Shown here piece by piece: positions 14,270 to 29,257 of a DNA stretch of 64,000 nucleotides. The stretch is taken from the NCBI RefSeq assembly GCF_000143415.4, contig NW_003314298.1, positions 1,019,027 to 1,083,026 of the forward strand. Reading direction: 5' to 3'. The position numbers and the translations under genes are program-made. Each line of letters begins with the position of its first letter. The first letter of the stretch is position 1. The notes under the pieces were generated by a model that was not told where the DNA came from, searched no databases, and saw nothing but the letters and a program-made list of their open reading frames with translations. The DNA is from Selaginella moellendorffii (taxonomy: Eukaryota > Plantae > Lycopodiophyta).

Positions 14270-17207
14270 ATGGTCGCTACACGCTTGCTGCTTCTGGCCA
14301 GGAATTCCTTCGCGGCTAGACGATCGCTCTGTTGTCACAGCAGTGCCGCATTCTTGGAGCACGAGATTTGGGAGATTTGTAGCCGGCGAAGCTCGGGATT
14401 TCCATCGCTGCTGCCTTCCAGGTATTTTGGTAGCAATGCCGGTGCTGGCAGCGGTAAGAAAGTGGCGAAGGAGGAGAAATCCGTGATCCCGGCCGCAGGT
14501 AATTCTCGTGCTTCGAGAAAAGGGGAAGATCACTCGAAAGCAAATGAGAATATGGAGGACAAGCCAAAGCGAACGAAGAAAGTGGAAGAACCGACGTTGC
14601 CGGCTTCGAGAAAAGGAGATGTCGAGGAGGTGGCCGATGGAGCGAAGGCTAAACCCAAGAAAACGAAGGTGGTGGAGACCGAGGCAAAGCTTTTAGCTGC
14701 CAGGAAAGGTCTTGGCAGTAACGAAGCGATCGAGGGAGCCAAACCAAAGCCAAAGCGATCGAGAAAAGTGAAGGGCGAGGAAGAAAAAGACTCCAGTGTT
14801 TCAGGAAATGGCAAAGAGGTGACTAAAGCGAAGTCGAAAGGGACGAAGAAAGTGCCAGTAGAGGAAGGAATGGAGTCCGAGCTATCAGCTCCAGGCCAGA
14901 GGAAAACATCTAAGCCAAGGACACAGTCTGCAAAGAAGGTGGAGGAAACTGTGAAGGCTGTCGGGACAGTTGGTTTAGTAGCAGAGAATAGTATGGAGTT
15001 GGAAAAGAAAGTTGAGAAGAGACCACCAAAGCCAGGGAGGCAAGCTGCAAAAAAGATGGAGCTACTGGATGAAGCTGCGAGGATTGCCGGGACAGATGGT
15101 TTAGTAGCAGAGGATTCAGAGAAAAGTATAGAGCTAGAAATGAAGGAACCGGATCGGGTCGTGGTGGTAGAATCATCGCCGCAAAGTTTGGACGTTCAAG
15201 GCAAGAGAGATACTAGTGGGACTAAAAGTCCAGAGTTCGTGGAAAACAATCTAGATTCGGAAATAAGCGTACCACTTGTGGAAGAGTCCGGGGCGTCGCA
15301 GCAAGCTTCGGACGATGCAGCGAAGCCAGAGACAACAGAGACTGTGAAGGTTGCTGAGACAGACAACGTGGTTGTAGAAAAAGATTCAAAGGTGGCAGAA
15401 CCATCGCCAAATCAAGCGAAGACGCAGTATGAAAATGTGGTCACAGCGGGAGCAAAACAGGATGACTTTCTTGAGGTGGATGACGAGCTCAAGGAGTTTC
15501 TCATGGACAGAAAGCTACAGCAGGAGCAAGCCGAGGAGGACGAGGACGACGAAGGCGACCACGACTACGTATGGGACTACAGGGACATCAGGCAGCTGCC
15601 AAGCTCTGTGAAGCACCTCGAGAAGAAGCTCAAGGAGCTCTCCAGCACCGCTCCTTCAGACGACCGAAGGATCGCGGTGGTAAAGCTCAAACTTGGTCAG
15701 GAGCTGTGCTCGAGTGAGCACCTGTCGCCACAGAGAGCAGTGGACCTTGCGAACGAAGCTCTCAAAGTTCTCGGAGTTGGTGGCGATGGTTCCATCGAGC
15801 AGGGAATGTGCCTCGCGGTGCTGGGAGCTGGATACCGGGGGCTCGAGCAGTACGAGAAGAGTTTCTCTTACCTGAAACGAGCCTCGACGTGTTTCGACGA
15901 GATGAACGAGAAGGGCCAGGAAGTTGTCCGCGAGATGCAGTTCACTACGAACCAGCTCGGCGTCACGTACTTGTCTCTGGGCCGGATCAAGCAAGGCGTG
16001 GAGTCTCTGATAGAGGCGCTGGATCTCCAAGAGACGGTGCTACCATGCGACGATCCCGACCTCGGCAGCGACTTCCGCAAGGCCGCGGAGCACTTGTGTG
16101 ACGTAGAGCAGTGGGAGGAGGCCAAGAAGCTGTGCGAGAAAGCCATTCGTATCCACAGCAAGATCAAAGGCTTTGACAACGAGGAAGTTGGCCACGACAG
16201 GAAAATCATGGCACGGATTTACAGGGGCTTGAGCCAGCACGAGAAGGCGCTGGAACAGTTTAGAATCGCGAGGCAGATCTTCAACGAGGACGAGGAGAAC
16301 ACCTACTGGGCCAACATGGGAATAGCGGACTCGCAGATGTGCATGGAGAGCTACAGCGAAGCCATCGCGACGATAGAAGGGGCGATGGAGTCGATTCCAA
16401 AGAAGCCAGTGACTTACAGAGGGACTGCTTATCTCAAGCTCGCCAAGGCGTTCTATCTCAAGAAGGACTTTAACGAAGGACTCAAGAGGTTGATGGCTGC
16501 TCTCGAGTTCTACAAAGCGAACCTTGGTGCCGGCTCCATGGACGAGACTGCCAGCCAGCTCCACGAGATCGCGGCGCTGTTTGACGCGATGGGAGACGTC
16601 AAAGGCTCCATCAGGACGCTGAAGATCGCCATCGCCGCCTACGACTGCGTCCCTGGAGCGGAGAAGCTAGTGATGAACGCAAAGATGGACCTTGGCTCGC
16701 AGCTTATACGGCACAAGAAGCCCGAGAGCGCGCTGCATTACTACGAGGAGGCCATGGAACTGTCCAGGAAGCTCGAGTTGCCGAGCCTCAACCTTCTCAC
16801 CTTGACGGGGATAGCACACATGGAACTCTCGAATCACCAGGCCGCGCTGGAGGTGCTGCAAGAGGCTAAAGCTTTGCTCGAGAGCCCGGAACAGATGAAG
16901 CGCTCGGACCTGTCCAAGAAGATTTGCTTCCCGAAGCTCCCCGTCTATCACAACTTGGTCACGTGCTACCAGCATTTCGAAAGGTATGTCTTGCTTTTCT
17001 CGCTTTCTATCATTCTTTTCCATCTTTGCTAATGCTCGAGCGATCGCTTGGCGCAGATATGACGACGCTCTCGACTGCCAAAAGCTTTTGGTGGCGGAGC
17101 TGCGCATCGCCGGACGCGAAGCCGAGGAAAAGCTCCCCGACGCGACGCGAGTGCTCGAGGAACTCATGGAGAGGAGCAGCAAACTCCCCGTCCAAGCTCA
17201 AGCGTGA
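14270..17207 (+). CDS. TPR-repeat (kinesin light chain-related-like) protein with probable mitochondrial presequence; exons 14270-16983, 17057-17207
   Basis: R/S/L-rich N-terminus, long K/E-rich disordered region, and multiple TPR-like helical pairs (e.g. LAVLGAGYRGLEQYEKSFSYLKRA). GTATGT...GCAG intron. Confidence 0.85.
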
Positions 17208-17553
17208 CTCTCGGGTACCTTGTCCTCTTTTCACGATCACGAGAAGTTGATAAATAGATAGAGATGGTTTTAAAGCTTCGTGTGGAATTCTTACTGTTTT
17301 CTTCCATCGCGAATGCAGGCTTGAGTCTCGGGAGTCGTACTAACAAGCGCAAAAGTCCGTACGGGGGAGTTTACATTGTGGAAGATCCTTTGAGCAAAGA
17401 AACGAGGCGTTTTGGCACGTTATAGCGATTCCAGGTGGGCTTTTTGCTGTTTGGATCACGCATCCGGCTAGAGCGAGAGCTTGTGGGTCACAGGGTAGAG
17501 AGAGAGAGAGAGGCTTTCCTTTTAGGGAAGTGGAAAGAAGTGAGAGCCAAGAA

Positions 17554-18418
17554 ATGGCGAGCTCCAGGAGCAAGATTCCGGCTTACACGCCGGCGCTCGT
17601 CATCGGCTTGGTGGTGGTGGCGCTCTTGGGTTTCCAGACGCTCCGGGAACGCAATTCCACCAGTGCTGCGCTATACCAGAAGGAGAGCGAGATCGTCAAG
17701 CTCCATCTAGAGCTCCAAGTAAGTGGTCTTTCTTTCTTTCGCTCTATCTTCTCTTAAGGACTTGATTAGTCGTCGAGGACGAACTTACACGAGTTTTTTC
17801 TTTTCCTTTTGCTCTTGGCAGGAGGTTCTCAAGTCGTCCGAGCAGCTGCAAAGAACAGTGTCTAGCCTCCGAGCCGAGAAGAGCAAGCTTGCGACTGATA
17901 CCAGTAGCTTGAACTCGCAGCTTGCCCAGCTCGAGAAGTACCGGGGTTCCACCGAGGACAGGAAGAGGAACTTGGAGGAGACCGTGCAAAGCAAGGAGGA
18001 GGAGATCGAGGAGCTCAAGGAGCAGTTGGGGAAGATGCAGCACAGCGCCGAGGAGCTGCGGGAGCTCAAGCAGCAGATTCGTGAGCTCGAGGAGAAGCTG
18101 AAGTTGGCTCAAACGGGTGGTGGCGCTGGGGTGAAGAAACCGGAAGCGAAGGAATTCGTGTCGGGTCTGGAGGATGAGGATCCCAAGGCCCGAAACTCGA
18201 CAGCTCTGGAAGACGAGAAAGAAGACGAGGAGGCGAGGACGACTGAGGAGTCTTCGAAAGATGAAGATGATTCAAAAGAGGAGGACGAGAAGAATTTGGA
18301 GGAAGGAGTCGAAGAGGACAACGAGCAGGATAAGTTGGACGAAGATAGCAAGTCTGCGGAGTTGGATCTGGAAGAAGGAAGTTTGGGTGGAGATAACAAC
18401 CAGGAGGCCGCAGAATAG
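17554..18418 (+). CDS. Single-pass membrane coiled-coil protein with acidic tail; exons 17554-17718, 17822-18418
   Basis: TM segment ALVIGLVVVALLGF, then LRERN..YQKESEI..LHLELQ, heptad coiled coil and D/E-rich tail. GTAAGT...GCAG intron in phase 0. Confidence 0.8.
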
Positions 18419-18497
18419 TTTGTTTGTTGGAAAAAGTTCCAACTCGAGAGCTTAGCTTCTCTTTTACCTTGAAGTCTGTAAAGAGTTTTTGCGTGTT

Positions 18498-21046
18498 TTA
18501 AGAAGCTACACTTTGGCCGATGATGTCTGAGAAGGAGAAGTCGTGGAATGGCAAACCTGACAAAATAAGACCAAGGAGCTTGAAACTTTTCTGAAAAGAC
18601 GAGCTAAACCGAATCTTACCTTCTCGTTCGTCGAGGAGATAAAACGGGATGTTGGCGACTGCCAGTGTTTGAGCTTTGCTCCATTCCACCGTTCCAGGCC
18701 TGTGCTGGCCACCCAAGATTGACGAGCAAATCGCGTGGTCGTGCATCAGACCTAGGTAGTCACGAGCTCTTCTCCAGACGATCTTATCGAGTAGCTGATG
18801 TGATCGTGCCACCTTCGAAGCAATCAAGAACAGCAACTTAAACTCCCTCAGAGAAGGAGAAAAAATAAAAAAAAGAAACAAACCTTGGCAAGGCACACTC
18901 GAGCTCTAGGTGAGAGCTCTCGATGGCACGTTGCAAGCTTTGCTATGGCGGTTATGACAAAACATAGCAGCCGGGACTGGGCCGGGACGGCAGAAGTTTT
19001 ACGCCTGGATGTTTGTAAAGATTAGACACAACGTAAGCTGTGAGAAACTTCAATTACCTTGACGAGAGGTTTTCGTAGAGAACCAGCTCCAGAGTTTCAA
19101 AGAGCTCTCTTGCAGCATCCTTAAAATGCGTACCACCACCTCCATGTTCTCCAATCGCCCAGCATAGTTGCAAAGCAAGCTCAGTCTAGCAAATGCAATG
19201 TAAGTTTAGCGCTCAAACATTGCGAAATCCATCTTACTTTGCCGTCACTTGTTTGAGGTTGACTGACGCTGTCCGTGATGGGCTTCTGCGATGTTTTTAC
19301 TTCTTTTGGAATAACGATTTCAAATAGATAAGAAAGGCTTACCTTCAAAAGAGCAATGAATTGAGGAGATTTCTTAAAGCAAGCGTGAATAAACTGAAAA
19401 CACGTTTGTTGGACCTGATTTAAGACACGAGTCAGCTTATGAGTTAACTAATCTTGCTTACCTCGATTGAAAATGCCTTATCCGGAAACATGGCATCGAT
19501 TCTGAAGAATACCATAGGTAAAAGAGCGCAGAGTAGTGCTAAACATACAAAGAGCAGCGGGGATTAAATGCAAAAACCAAAGGCTTGGAACTTACAATCG
19601 CTCACGTCTCGCAATGCGATGTCGAAATAGACTTGCAAAAGCTGCGGGCTAAATTTCAGAGCGTGTTTAAGCTTGTTGGATTGTACAGACCCCATTGCTG
19701 CTTCCAACGTGGCCTTCATTCCAGGATACGACCAATGACGTTCCTGCAAGATGAACCTTCTTAACCTCAAAGCAATAGAGTCACTTCTTGTTACCGCTAA
19801 GCCTTCGTTTTCATCTTTCAAGAGGTCCGAAAACAGATCATCTGCCTCGTAATGCGAATTTCTTCCAGAGCCTTCTTTGCTGGAATCGTCGCCCCCATCA
19901 ATGAAAGTTCCTGTGTAAGCTTCGTCCATCAATGCCAGAAGTGCCTGAGAAACGAATAAACAAATCGCACAACTTAATGAGCATGTATATCACCTCGGGT
20001 GCCGGGTTCTTTCGAATGTTTCCCATGTTTCCGTGTAGAGATCCAGTGCGTTGTTCTAGACTCTCCAGAGCCAGGACCAAAGCTGCATAAAAACTTCACA
20101 CGCTTCAACTTCAGAAATCGACTCATAGCTCGGAGATACTCACTCGGCAGGTCCAGAAGAGCCAAGAACAGCTGCAAAAATGACGGCGGCCCCATGAGCG
20201 CGGGAAACAGCTGCAAAAATGGTGTGTCGAGGCTATAAAGCAACAGAAAATCAGAAGATGGAGATAAACTACCGCAAAAAAAAATTCACTCACGTTTCAT
20301 CTCTCCAAGCAATCACCTTGAGGAGCAAAGGAAAGAACTGCGCAGTCAAAACTATAGCACATGAGATAGATGCGACAGCAATGAAAGTTCGATACCAACC
20401 TGAGGAAGAACACTCGAATAGGAAAGCAAAAGCTTCATCTTGTTGTGATTTAGGAAAGCCACAGTCGCAGCTGCTACAGCAGGATCTGCATATTGCCTGG
20501 AAAAAACAAAAATGCTCATCAAATAAAAGAAAAGAAAGAATGAATGAAAGAAAGAACAAAGAAACTCTAACACTTACTTGACGAGGCATGAGCGAAAAAA
20601 AGCTCGCAAACTTGGATCCGCATCGTGAAGAACAGTCTCTCCATGATCCAGAAAAAACTGTAATATAGCCTGTTGTGTGCAAGAAAATAAAAAGCTAAGA
20701 ACTTTCCCAACCAAAAAATTCCAAGCTCGTACCAGCGCAACTAGAGCGGTGCTGGGACGTTGTGTCGACGAAGAACAGCATCGCTGGAAGAGCTTCGTCA
20801 TGGCGGGATAAACTCTCGTCACCAAATCCTCGTTCCCTTCACTCTTACACATCGCATTGAGCCTTTCCACCTGAGAAACAGAAACACCCCATCTCCTCTT
20901 TAGAAATCACAGCAAAAGAAAAATCCAGCATCCTCGTTACTAACCGCATCGCGAACCGAGGTGTCGGCCGTGTCGATCGCCGAGGAATCCCGGCCGGCAC
21001 CGAGCGAGAGAATCCGGAGACAAATCGCCCACTCCCTCTCCTCCAT
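18498..21046 (-). CDS. AP5Z1: AP-5 complex subunit zeta-1 (multi-exon)
   Basis: MEEREWAICLRILS..., EDLVTRVYP, AILQFFLDHGETVLHDADPSLRAFFRSCL and FFPLLLKVIAW match plant AP-5 zeta as recalled; many short GT-AG introns. Confidence 0.85.
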
Positions 21047-21111
21047 ATCTCCTCAGTGCAAGAGATTTTAGGGCTCCTCCCGAAGCTTTTTAAAGATTTT
21101 TAAACTGTTAA

Positions 21112-21800
<689 letters not shown>

Positions 21801-24800
21801 CCCCAAACCCCTGTTTCTATGAAGAACCCTAAAAGTGTAAACTGAAGAACCCTAAAAATTTGATTAACGGTTTCATCAGCAAAGCTCACAAACCTTTGCA
21901 TTTTTCATCCATCATTCTCATGCTTCAAGTTGGGCACTGCAAGACTATCAAAATAGCATATAGAGGATAAATTCTTTTTTTGAAATTTGAGAGATCGAGA
22001 TTCTTGTGTGATTTGGTAGGGACCAAAGAACATGTTATGTTTGTGTGCTACATCATGTTTGGGTCCTTGTTTCTACAGGCAAGGGAAAAGGGTGGATGCA
22101 ACACAGCCATCAGCATTGTAAGGAGAGCAAATAAATTATAACATCTTTGAAGAAATTTGGGAGGTCCTCTCCTGTCTGTGTGGGAGACACAAGACCATCC
22201 ATCTACAATACCTGGAAACAAATTTGACATCCCTCCCTCCACTTCTTGCTTTTGAACATGGGTAGCACAATTTTTATGATAAAGGGATTGATCCAACCCT
22301 TTCAACAAACACATTTGTTTTCTCTCATTCTTTTATTTTTTATTTTGACCACTGGCCTATCAACTCCCTCCCTTTTCTTGGGCCACTTGAAGGACCAAAC
22401 TCCCTCATTGTTGTGATAGTGTTCTCTTGGTTCCATGTACTAGAGATTTCTCTCCTTTTTATTTCTGCTCCTTTTTCTGATTATTTTAGGATTAAATTGC
22501 CTTTCCTCGTGAGGTGAGGCGATCCATCGCCAGCTAGTGTACAGACAAATCAAATAAAAAAGCTCATCCAATTTGATAGATATACGTATATGTATGCAAT
22601 TATAAATACTATTAAGATATACCCGAATTTATGAATTACATATGCCTGAGTTCCTGCAAGCATTCTTTTCCAAGTGAAAACGACACTACCATGCTTATTT
22701 TTTGTATAAATCGATCAAAACGCACACCGAGCAGCGAGCCAACTTTATGGTTTTTATCAAAAGCCGAGGTGATCGAGAGGATCACTTTCACTTCACGGAG
22801 ACGAAGTTAGGGAAGGACTCGATCCAGGATCTGACGCCCAATTTAAAACGCTGAGGCCCATGCTACCGCAATTCGTACGCTCTACGTATAACTCCTTTCT
22901 ATATGTTTCTTAGCAGGGGTTCCTTGTTTCCCAAGAGAGGCGTAAGATTAGACACGGGGTCGCCATCTATCCAATCTCTTCCGGCCACCGAGCTGGCATT
23001 TTCATGGAATACTCTATCGCCATTGTCTTCATTAAAGCTTGTTTTTGAGATCTCAATCTCAGAAAATTGATGGGATTGGATTGAATTGATTGATTGGTGC
23101 AAGATGTTTTGATGGCTGAGTTGTGCTCCTCCTCTACTTTTGGTTCTTTTTCTTTTGTTCTTCCTGTGTGTTAGGTCTTAGCTTCCTCCTCCTCACCTTT
23201 TGCCTTCTCCTTTCATTCGCTGAAATTCAGACAAGTATCCAGATTATTTCATGAAATTCTCAAAGGAGAAGATCAACGAGGGTCGTTGTCCCAGAAAATA
23301 TAGAAAGATTCTGTCTCACTCCATCTCTCTGGTGGTATTCAAGCTGGCATTCGTGTTGTAGGTGGTAGACATTTCAACTGTTTTTACCAAGCATGCTCAA
23401 AAGGGGTTTAAAACGACGTCAAAATCTTTTTCCGGTAAAAAGATGACATGTATTTCCCACGTATTCTTGTGGCGTACATACACGTCAACATATGCGCAGT
23501 CGAGTTGGTGAAAGATCGGGATGGGACATCGTTCCCTCCCCACTAACTAACTTAAGACTCTTTAGCGAAAACAAAAGGTGGCGGAGTGTAAAGAAAGGTG
23601 GTAAACTCAGTGGACTATGAGAGGCTACTTGCTGGGTTCAGAAAAAAGAATTGCACCACCTTTTGCCCCTCCCCATGTGCATGCGTTCAGAGGATCAAAG
23701 CTAAGGATCCAAAGACCCGAAAGCGCTAGGGTTTGAGGATTTTACAGTGACATTCCAACCTACCAGCCACCACCGCCACCTTCCAAAAGAAAGAAACAAC
23801 AAGTTGGCGGCGCAAAAGAAGAAAAAAGTTTGGCCGCCTTTAAAAACTGGGGGAATTTAACGTAAAGGGTGGAATGAAACAGAGCGTTAACGGGATATGT
23901 AGCTCGCTTTCTAGGGTTTGTTTGTTCTGGCAGCCATTTTCTTTTTTTTTCTGGCGCTTTATATTTTACTATTATGATCGTGAAATAAAGAAATATTTGT
24001 TGGAAGTTTGTGCGTGTTGAGAGAGGGTAAAAAATCATCAGATGTTCTTGTCGTTGATGTTGGGGTGTTGGGAAGCATGCATGTTAGATTTGCCCGTTTG
24101 AATCCAACGGAGGGTTTTGTGTTTTTATTTTATGTTTTCCAAGACTTTTCAATCTTTTTTCCTGTTGTGTCACGGTTTTTGATCAAAGGAAAGCAGAGCT
24201 TACGAGAGCATTCATTTCATAGTTTTTTTGCATTCCATTCGATGCATTCCAAAAACCCTGTCCCCCTTTCGAGGTAAAGAACAAACAAAGAGAAGCAACA
24301 AAAACAACGCGGTGGGTGTTGGTGGCCTCTCGACGTCGATGGCTTCTTCGACCTTCAAACTTGCAAGAAGAAAAAAATCAACAGTAAATTGCTTTTCCTT
24401 TTCTTTCCAGCTTTCTTTTCTAGCTTTTCCTATATGGTGGTGTTGGTCCTCCAAAGTCCTTCACCACATTCAAGGCAGAGTATCGAGAAGGAAAAAAAAA
24501 ATGCAGCAGGAGGAGAAGATGGTGACGATGACGAACTTCTTCTTGGCGATGGTGACCAATACGAGCGAGTACTCTTGCCTTAACACCCGTTAAGCTGGAT
24601 CCATCCGTGCGTTTAAAGCTGAGATTTGTGGGGCATGGAGTGCGAGTACTCGAAGATCTCCCTGGATTTGTAACCATTTCAGGCAAATCTCCTCGATAAA
24701 AATCACACTTTTCTTTGTGTTCCATCTCACCAAGTTGGCACAAACACCATTTCTTTTTTGTTAGGTCAAAGGCAAGAGGCAATGAGAAGCGCAGCGATGC

Positions 24801-25915
24801 TCGTCTTGTTGGGTGGAGCTGGCATGGATTCCCAAGCAACTTTCGGTGCTCCATAGGTAAAGCTCTCATCTTTTCCTCCATAGTTTTGCCCAGCAGCAGT
24901 GTGGAAATGCGGGCTTAGCTTAGTGCTCATCACAAAGCCCCTCTTTCTTTTTGAGCTTGTGTAAGCTCCTGTTAGCACTATAACTCCACGAACAAAGCAA
25001 GCAAGCCACTGTGTCTCCGTGTGTGTCTTTGTGTCTTTGTGTCTGTGGTTTGAAAGCGAGACTTGATCTTCCTCCAGCTTTTTTTTTTCTTTGAGTTGAG
25101 GGAACTTTGGTTTTCTCTTTTTGTGTATGTGTGTAGCGGCTAGGATTGACAAATTCCCTTCACCAAATCCCTGGCACCCTGCCGCTCTGCTGGTTTGTTG
25201 GGTGCCCTTTCGTTCTCACCAGTTTTTAGAGCGTCTATGAGAGAGAGAGGAGTTCTTCCTCGTCATGGAGGACGGCGAGCAAAGCTTGCGAGCTTAAAAC
25301 TGTGTTACGAGGGGTGAGAGCCGTCATATCCATCGCCACCGGCCTCTTTTGCCCTCTTGCTGTCTTCTAAATCGCTCTCTCTTTCCTCTCTCTCTTTCTC
25401 TTTGCATATAAGCCCAGCTTCTTTCCATTCCAAACTTGCAACTCAAAAACTCAGGGAGAGAGAACAAGAGGACGGAGAAGTTTTTGTGTCTCGGTTTCTT
25501 CTCTTCGATTTCGTGAGAGGCACGGAGGTAACTTTTCTTCTTTAGCTTCTTGGTTTCGACAAGTCCCTGTTTCTAGCATGAGTAATGTCTGTGTCTCTGT
25601 TCTTCTCTGGATGATATGATCCAATTTGGAGTTTTTTTTCTTTCTTTCAAAGTCGAGCGTGTGTTCTTGTAAACATTCCGTGCAATCTTTCATACTCTTT
25701 TTCTTGGTTCCTTGCAGCAGGCAGGCACGCTGGTAGAATGTTCCTTAGTGAAAACTAAATTCATTCGCAACTGAACCGAGTTTGGGAGAATTCATGATGA
25801 CAGCTTGCAAGCATTTGCTCTAGAGGAGGAGCTCTCAAAGTACTTCCCAAAGGCCATCATTTTGTGTTTTGGTTCCCTTTGGCTTTGGAGCAAGCCAGAT
25901 CGCCGCTCGCTCGCA

Positions 25916-28900
25916 ATGGCCGCTCTCAAATTGGAAAATGTGGGGAAGAAAGCTGCTTGGGTGTATCCGGAAGTCCAAGGTGCAAATCCTCCCGAGAGAT
26001 GGGGACACTCAGCTTGCTTCTCTCAAGGAATGCTCTACGTTTTCGGGGTAAGTCACAGTTTTCTCTTCGTTTTTTTTTCTTTCGTTGCTGAATTCGAGTT
26101 CTCACTGCTCACTTCTCGCTCATCCAAAAAGAACTCGTTTTTTTATCCATCCAGCTCAAACTCACTAGACTTGTTCCGAATTCCACCACTAGAGGAGCTG
26201 TTTTACTTTGTCCTTGCGTTCTTTTTTTCTTCCTCCAGCCGAATCGAAATTCGAAATCTCAGTGCTTGCTTCATATTTCGCTCTAAAAACGCGATTTTTT
26301 TCCTCGTTTCTAAAATAATTTACGTGCTTTTCTTTGACAGGGATGCCGAGGAGGCCTACATTTCAGTGACGTGATGAGCCTCGACTTGACGACCATGTCC
26401 TGGAGCTCTTTCGCTTGCACTGGCCAGCAGCCCGGCACCCGAGACAGCCACTCGGCCGTCCTCCACGGCCGCAAGATGGTCATCTTTGGCGGCACCAATG
26501 GCTCCAACAAGATCAACGACGTCCATATCCTCGACCTCGACACGCACGTCTGGTCGTGTCCCACGGTCGAAGGCCAGGCGCCTCCTCCTCGGGAAAGCCA
26601 CAGCGCCACGCTCGTCGATGGCAACAGGGTGGTCATCTTTGGCGGAACCGGCGAAGGCGATGGAAACTATCTCAACGACATCCACATCCTGGAGCTGGAC
26701 AGGATGCGCTGGGTTTCTCCGGCGGTGAACGGTGAGCTCCCGGTTTGTAGAGACAGCCACACCGCGGTGGCTGTCAAGGACCAGCTTGTTGTCTACGGTG
26801 GTGACTGTGGCGATCGCTATCTCAGTGAAGTTGATGTCTTCAATCTCAAAACCTTCACGTGGTCAAAGGTAATGCGCTTGTTTTGCTCGTCGACAATGAC
26901 AGAAAAATCGTTTTTTTTTTTTTGTTTTTTGGCTCAGATAGATACTGCTGGGTCTCTACAGCCGGCTGTTCGAGCAGGCCATGTAGCTGTTGCTGCAGAG
27001 AACAAGGTAGGATTCTTGTGATTTCCTTGCTTTGTTTTTGTTGCTCTTCCTTGTTCTTACGAGATGGAGGTGACAGGTTTATGTTTTCGGAGGTGTTGGA
27101 GATAGAGCTTACTACAACGATGTTTGGGTTTTGGATCTTAGCTCTTGGAAGTGGTCGCAGGCTGAAGTTGCCGGACTCCAGCCGCAAGGACGTTTCTCTC
27201 ACGTCGCTGTTCTGAGAGACGATGATATTGCGATTTATGGAGGGTACGTGTTTCTGTCTAGCGTTCTTTGGTCTAACTAAAGAATTGGTTTTTTATATGT
27301 AGATGTGGTGAAGATGAGAGACCTCTAGACGAGGTTCTAGTCCTCCACCTTGGAATCGAGCAACTCAATCCTGATTTTCCCAAATGCAAGTTCATCCAGA
27401 CTGTCTACGACATGGAGCGGCGAAAGCCTTCGGTGGAAGTTATCAACGACGATGGTCTCTGCGATAGCGAGACCAAAGTCTCCAAAAAGGATCTAAACCT
27501 CGTAAGAATGGCTCTTCTCTTTCTCATTACAAACGCTGAGAGATTGTTCGTTTTTCACAGAACAAGACAACTTCTTTGCCCCCGTGCAAAGAAGATTTTC
27601 TCAAGCTCTCCAGCCCGAAGGTCCAAGGAGGTGGCTTCCCATTTCCTCGGAACCTCAACGACATGGCTGATAAATCCGGAGGAGCTTCAAGTATGAGGGC
27701 CAGAGCAAGAAAGTTGCCGTTCCAGTACATGGAGCATCTCACCAGCCTTGAAAGTAAGTAAACTTCTTCTATGTTCACAACTTTGGTTTCTTACAAACAT
27801 CGGTCTCCACCAGATGGTTTTCACGCGAAGAAGCGAAAAACAACAAATCTCATGGGAAGAATGGAGGGCGGTGTCGAGTCGGAGCAAGACGAAGCATCAC
27901 CGACGATGTCACAGCATCCATCTCCAACGCTGTCGGACCAAGATAAAGCTTGTCCAGTCCCGGTGATGGCGAAGCCATCGACGAGGCCACCAGCGATCTT
28001 TCTCCAGCACCAGCAGCACCAGCAGCAGCAACAAGATCACCACAATCAAGCTCACAAGAATCACCACCACCAAGACCAGCAGCAACAACACACTGTAAGG
28101 TTTCCAACTTTGCAGCTCCAGCTCCATCTCCCCGGCCACCCCCAGACAATCTCTCTCCCGGTTCACGAGTCATCTCACTTGCAACAGTCGTCCCATCATC
28201 TCGCCGAGCATTTCACGCAAAAGTCCATGCAGCACCTTCAGCAGCAGCAGCAGCAATCCAGTGACAAAGTTTCGAGAACCGCGACCGTGGGAGTGCCTAA
28301 CATCGTAAGTTACCACACCCATTTCATCAAAATCCAGTTTTTCTTCGTTTGCTTGCATCAAAATCCACTTTTCTTCGTTTGCTTGCATCAAACTCCAGTT
28401 TTTCTTCGTTTGCTTGCATCAAAGACAAGTTTTTCATTGGTTTTCGCAGAGTATCAACCAAGACCCGGTTTTTTTTTCGTGTTTTTCTCGCAGGTGGGAT
28501 CCGAAGTACGAGGAATCGTTGACGGTGCATTCGATTCTGGTTATCTTATGACTGCTCAAATCAACGGACAAGTCTTTCGTGGCGTTTTGTTCTGTCCTGT
28601 AAGTTCTTCCAAACCATTGTTCTTCGTTCTTTCTTTGTTCTCGAGTTTTTTCATCACTGTGTCACGCAGGGTCCAAGCCATGCTGCCGTCCATCGACCAC
28701 CGCTCTGCAATTCCCACCCAAAACCAAGCTCTTCCACAGTCGTGATGGCCGCTCCCCAGAGCGCAAGCTCCACCCCTCCAAGCCCGGTAAGCGCCACTCT
28801 CGTCGGCTACCCCGTCCATTTCTCCAACGCAGTCGCGGTGGACTCGCCCAATCGGCCCAATTTCCCGGAGCCGCCCAAGAGCTTCCACCATCCTCCTCCT

Positions 28901-29203
28901 CCCGACACATCGCTATCAGTCCGCCCCGTCCAGATCATGGGCGGCTTCCCAGCGATCGTGGGCAATCAATCCGGGCGATGGGTGTGGCAGCCAGGATTCC
29001 CCCCCCAGCAGCAGCCAGAGAATGGATCGAATTTGAGCATCATCTCAGTCCCAGTTGCAGTCCCAGTTCCAGCAGCCTCCCCCAATGTCCCGCCCTTCCC
29101 CAGCAATCTCGTAACAAAGAACCCCGCGGCCCGCGAGCCCGATTCGTCGCAGCCGGCCGTGACGCTCAGCCTGGGCCAGTCGACGCACGCGCACAAGATC
29201 TAG
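25916..29203 (+). CDS. Kelch-repeat protein with Q/H-rich linker and C-terminal GxxDGxFDSGYL domain (multi-exon)
   Basis: Kelch repeats PPERWGHSA, PGTRDSHSA, PPPRESHSA, PVCRDSHTA, PAVRAGHVA and PQGRFSHVA; C-terminal VGSEVRGIVDGAFDSGYLMTAQINGQVFRGVLF; canonical introns. Confidence 0.88.
28320..28435 (+). repeat. Intronic ~30-bp tandem repeat (3-4 copies)
   Basis: TTTTCTTCGTTTGCTTGCATCAAA repeated three times inside a kelch-gene intron. Confidence 0.85.
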
Positions 29204-29257
29204 GCAGGTCCCCTGTTTCTAGGGCTCTTGCTCCCTGTTTTTAGGGTTCCTGGGCAA

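Noticed and set aside
12590-17250. Many long antisense or alternate-frame ORFs over the P450 and TPR genes
   Set aside because: Expected shadows of GC3-rich coding sequence; no motifs.
22000-25900. Genes or miRNA hairpins in the long COP10-kelch intergenic region
   Set aside because: No recognisable protein, tRNA or conserved miRNA sequence seen by eye; probably promoter and 5' UTR. A folding or Rfam scan is needed to exclude them.
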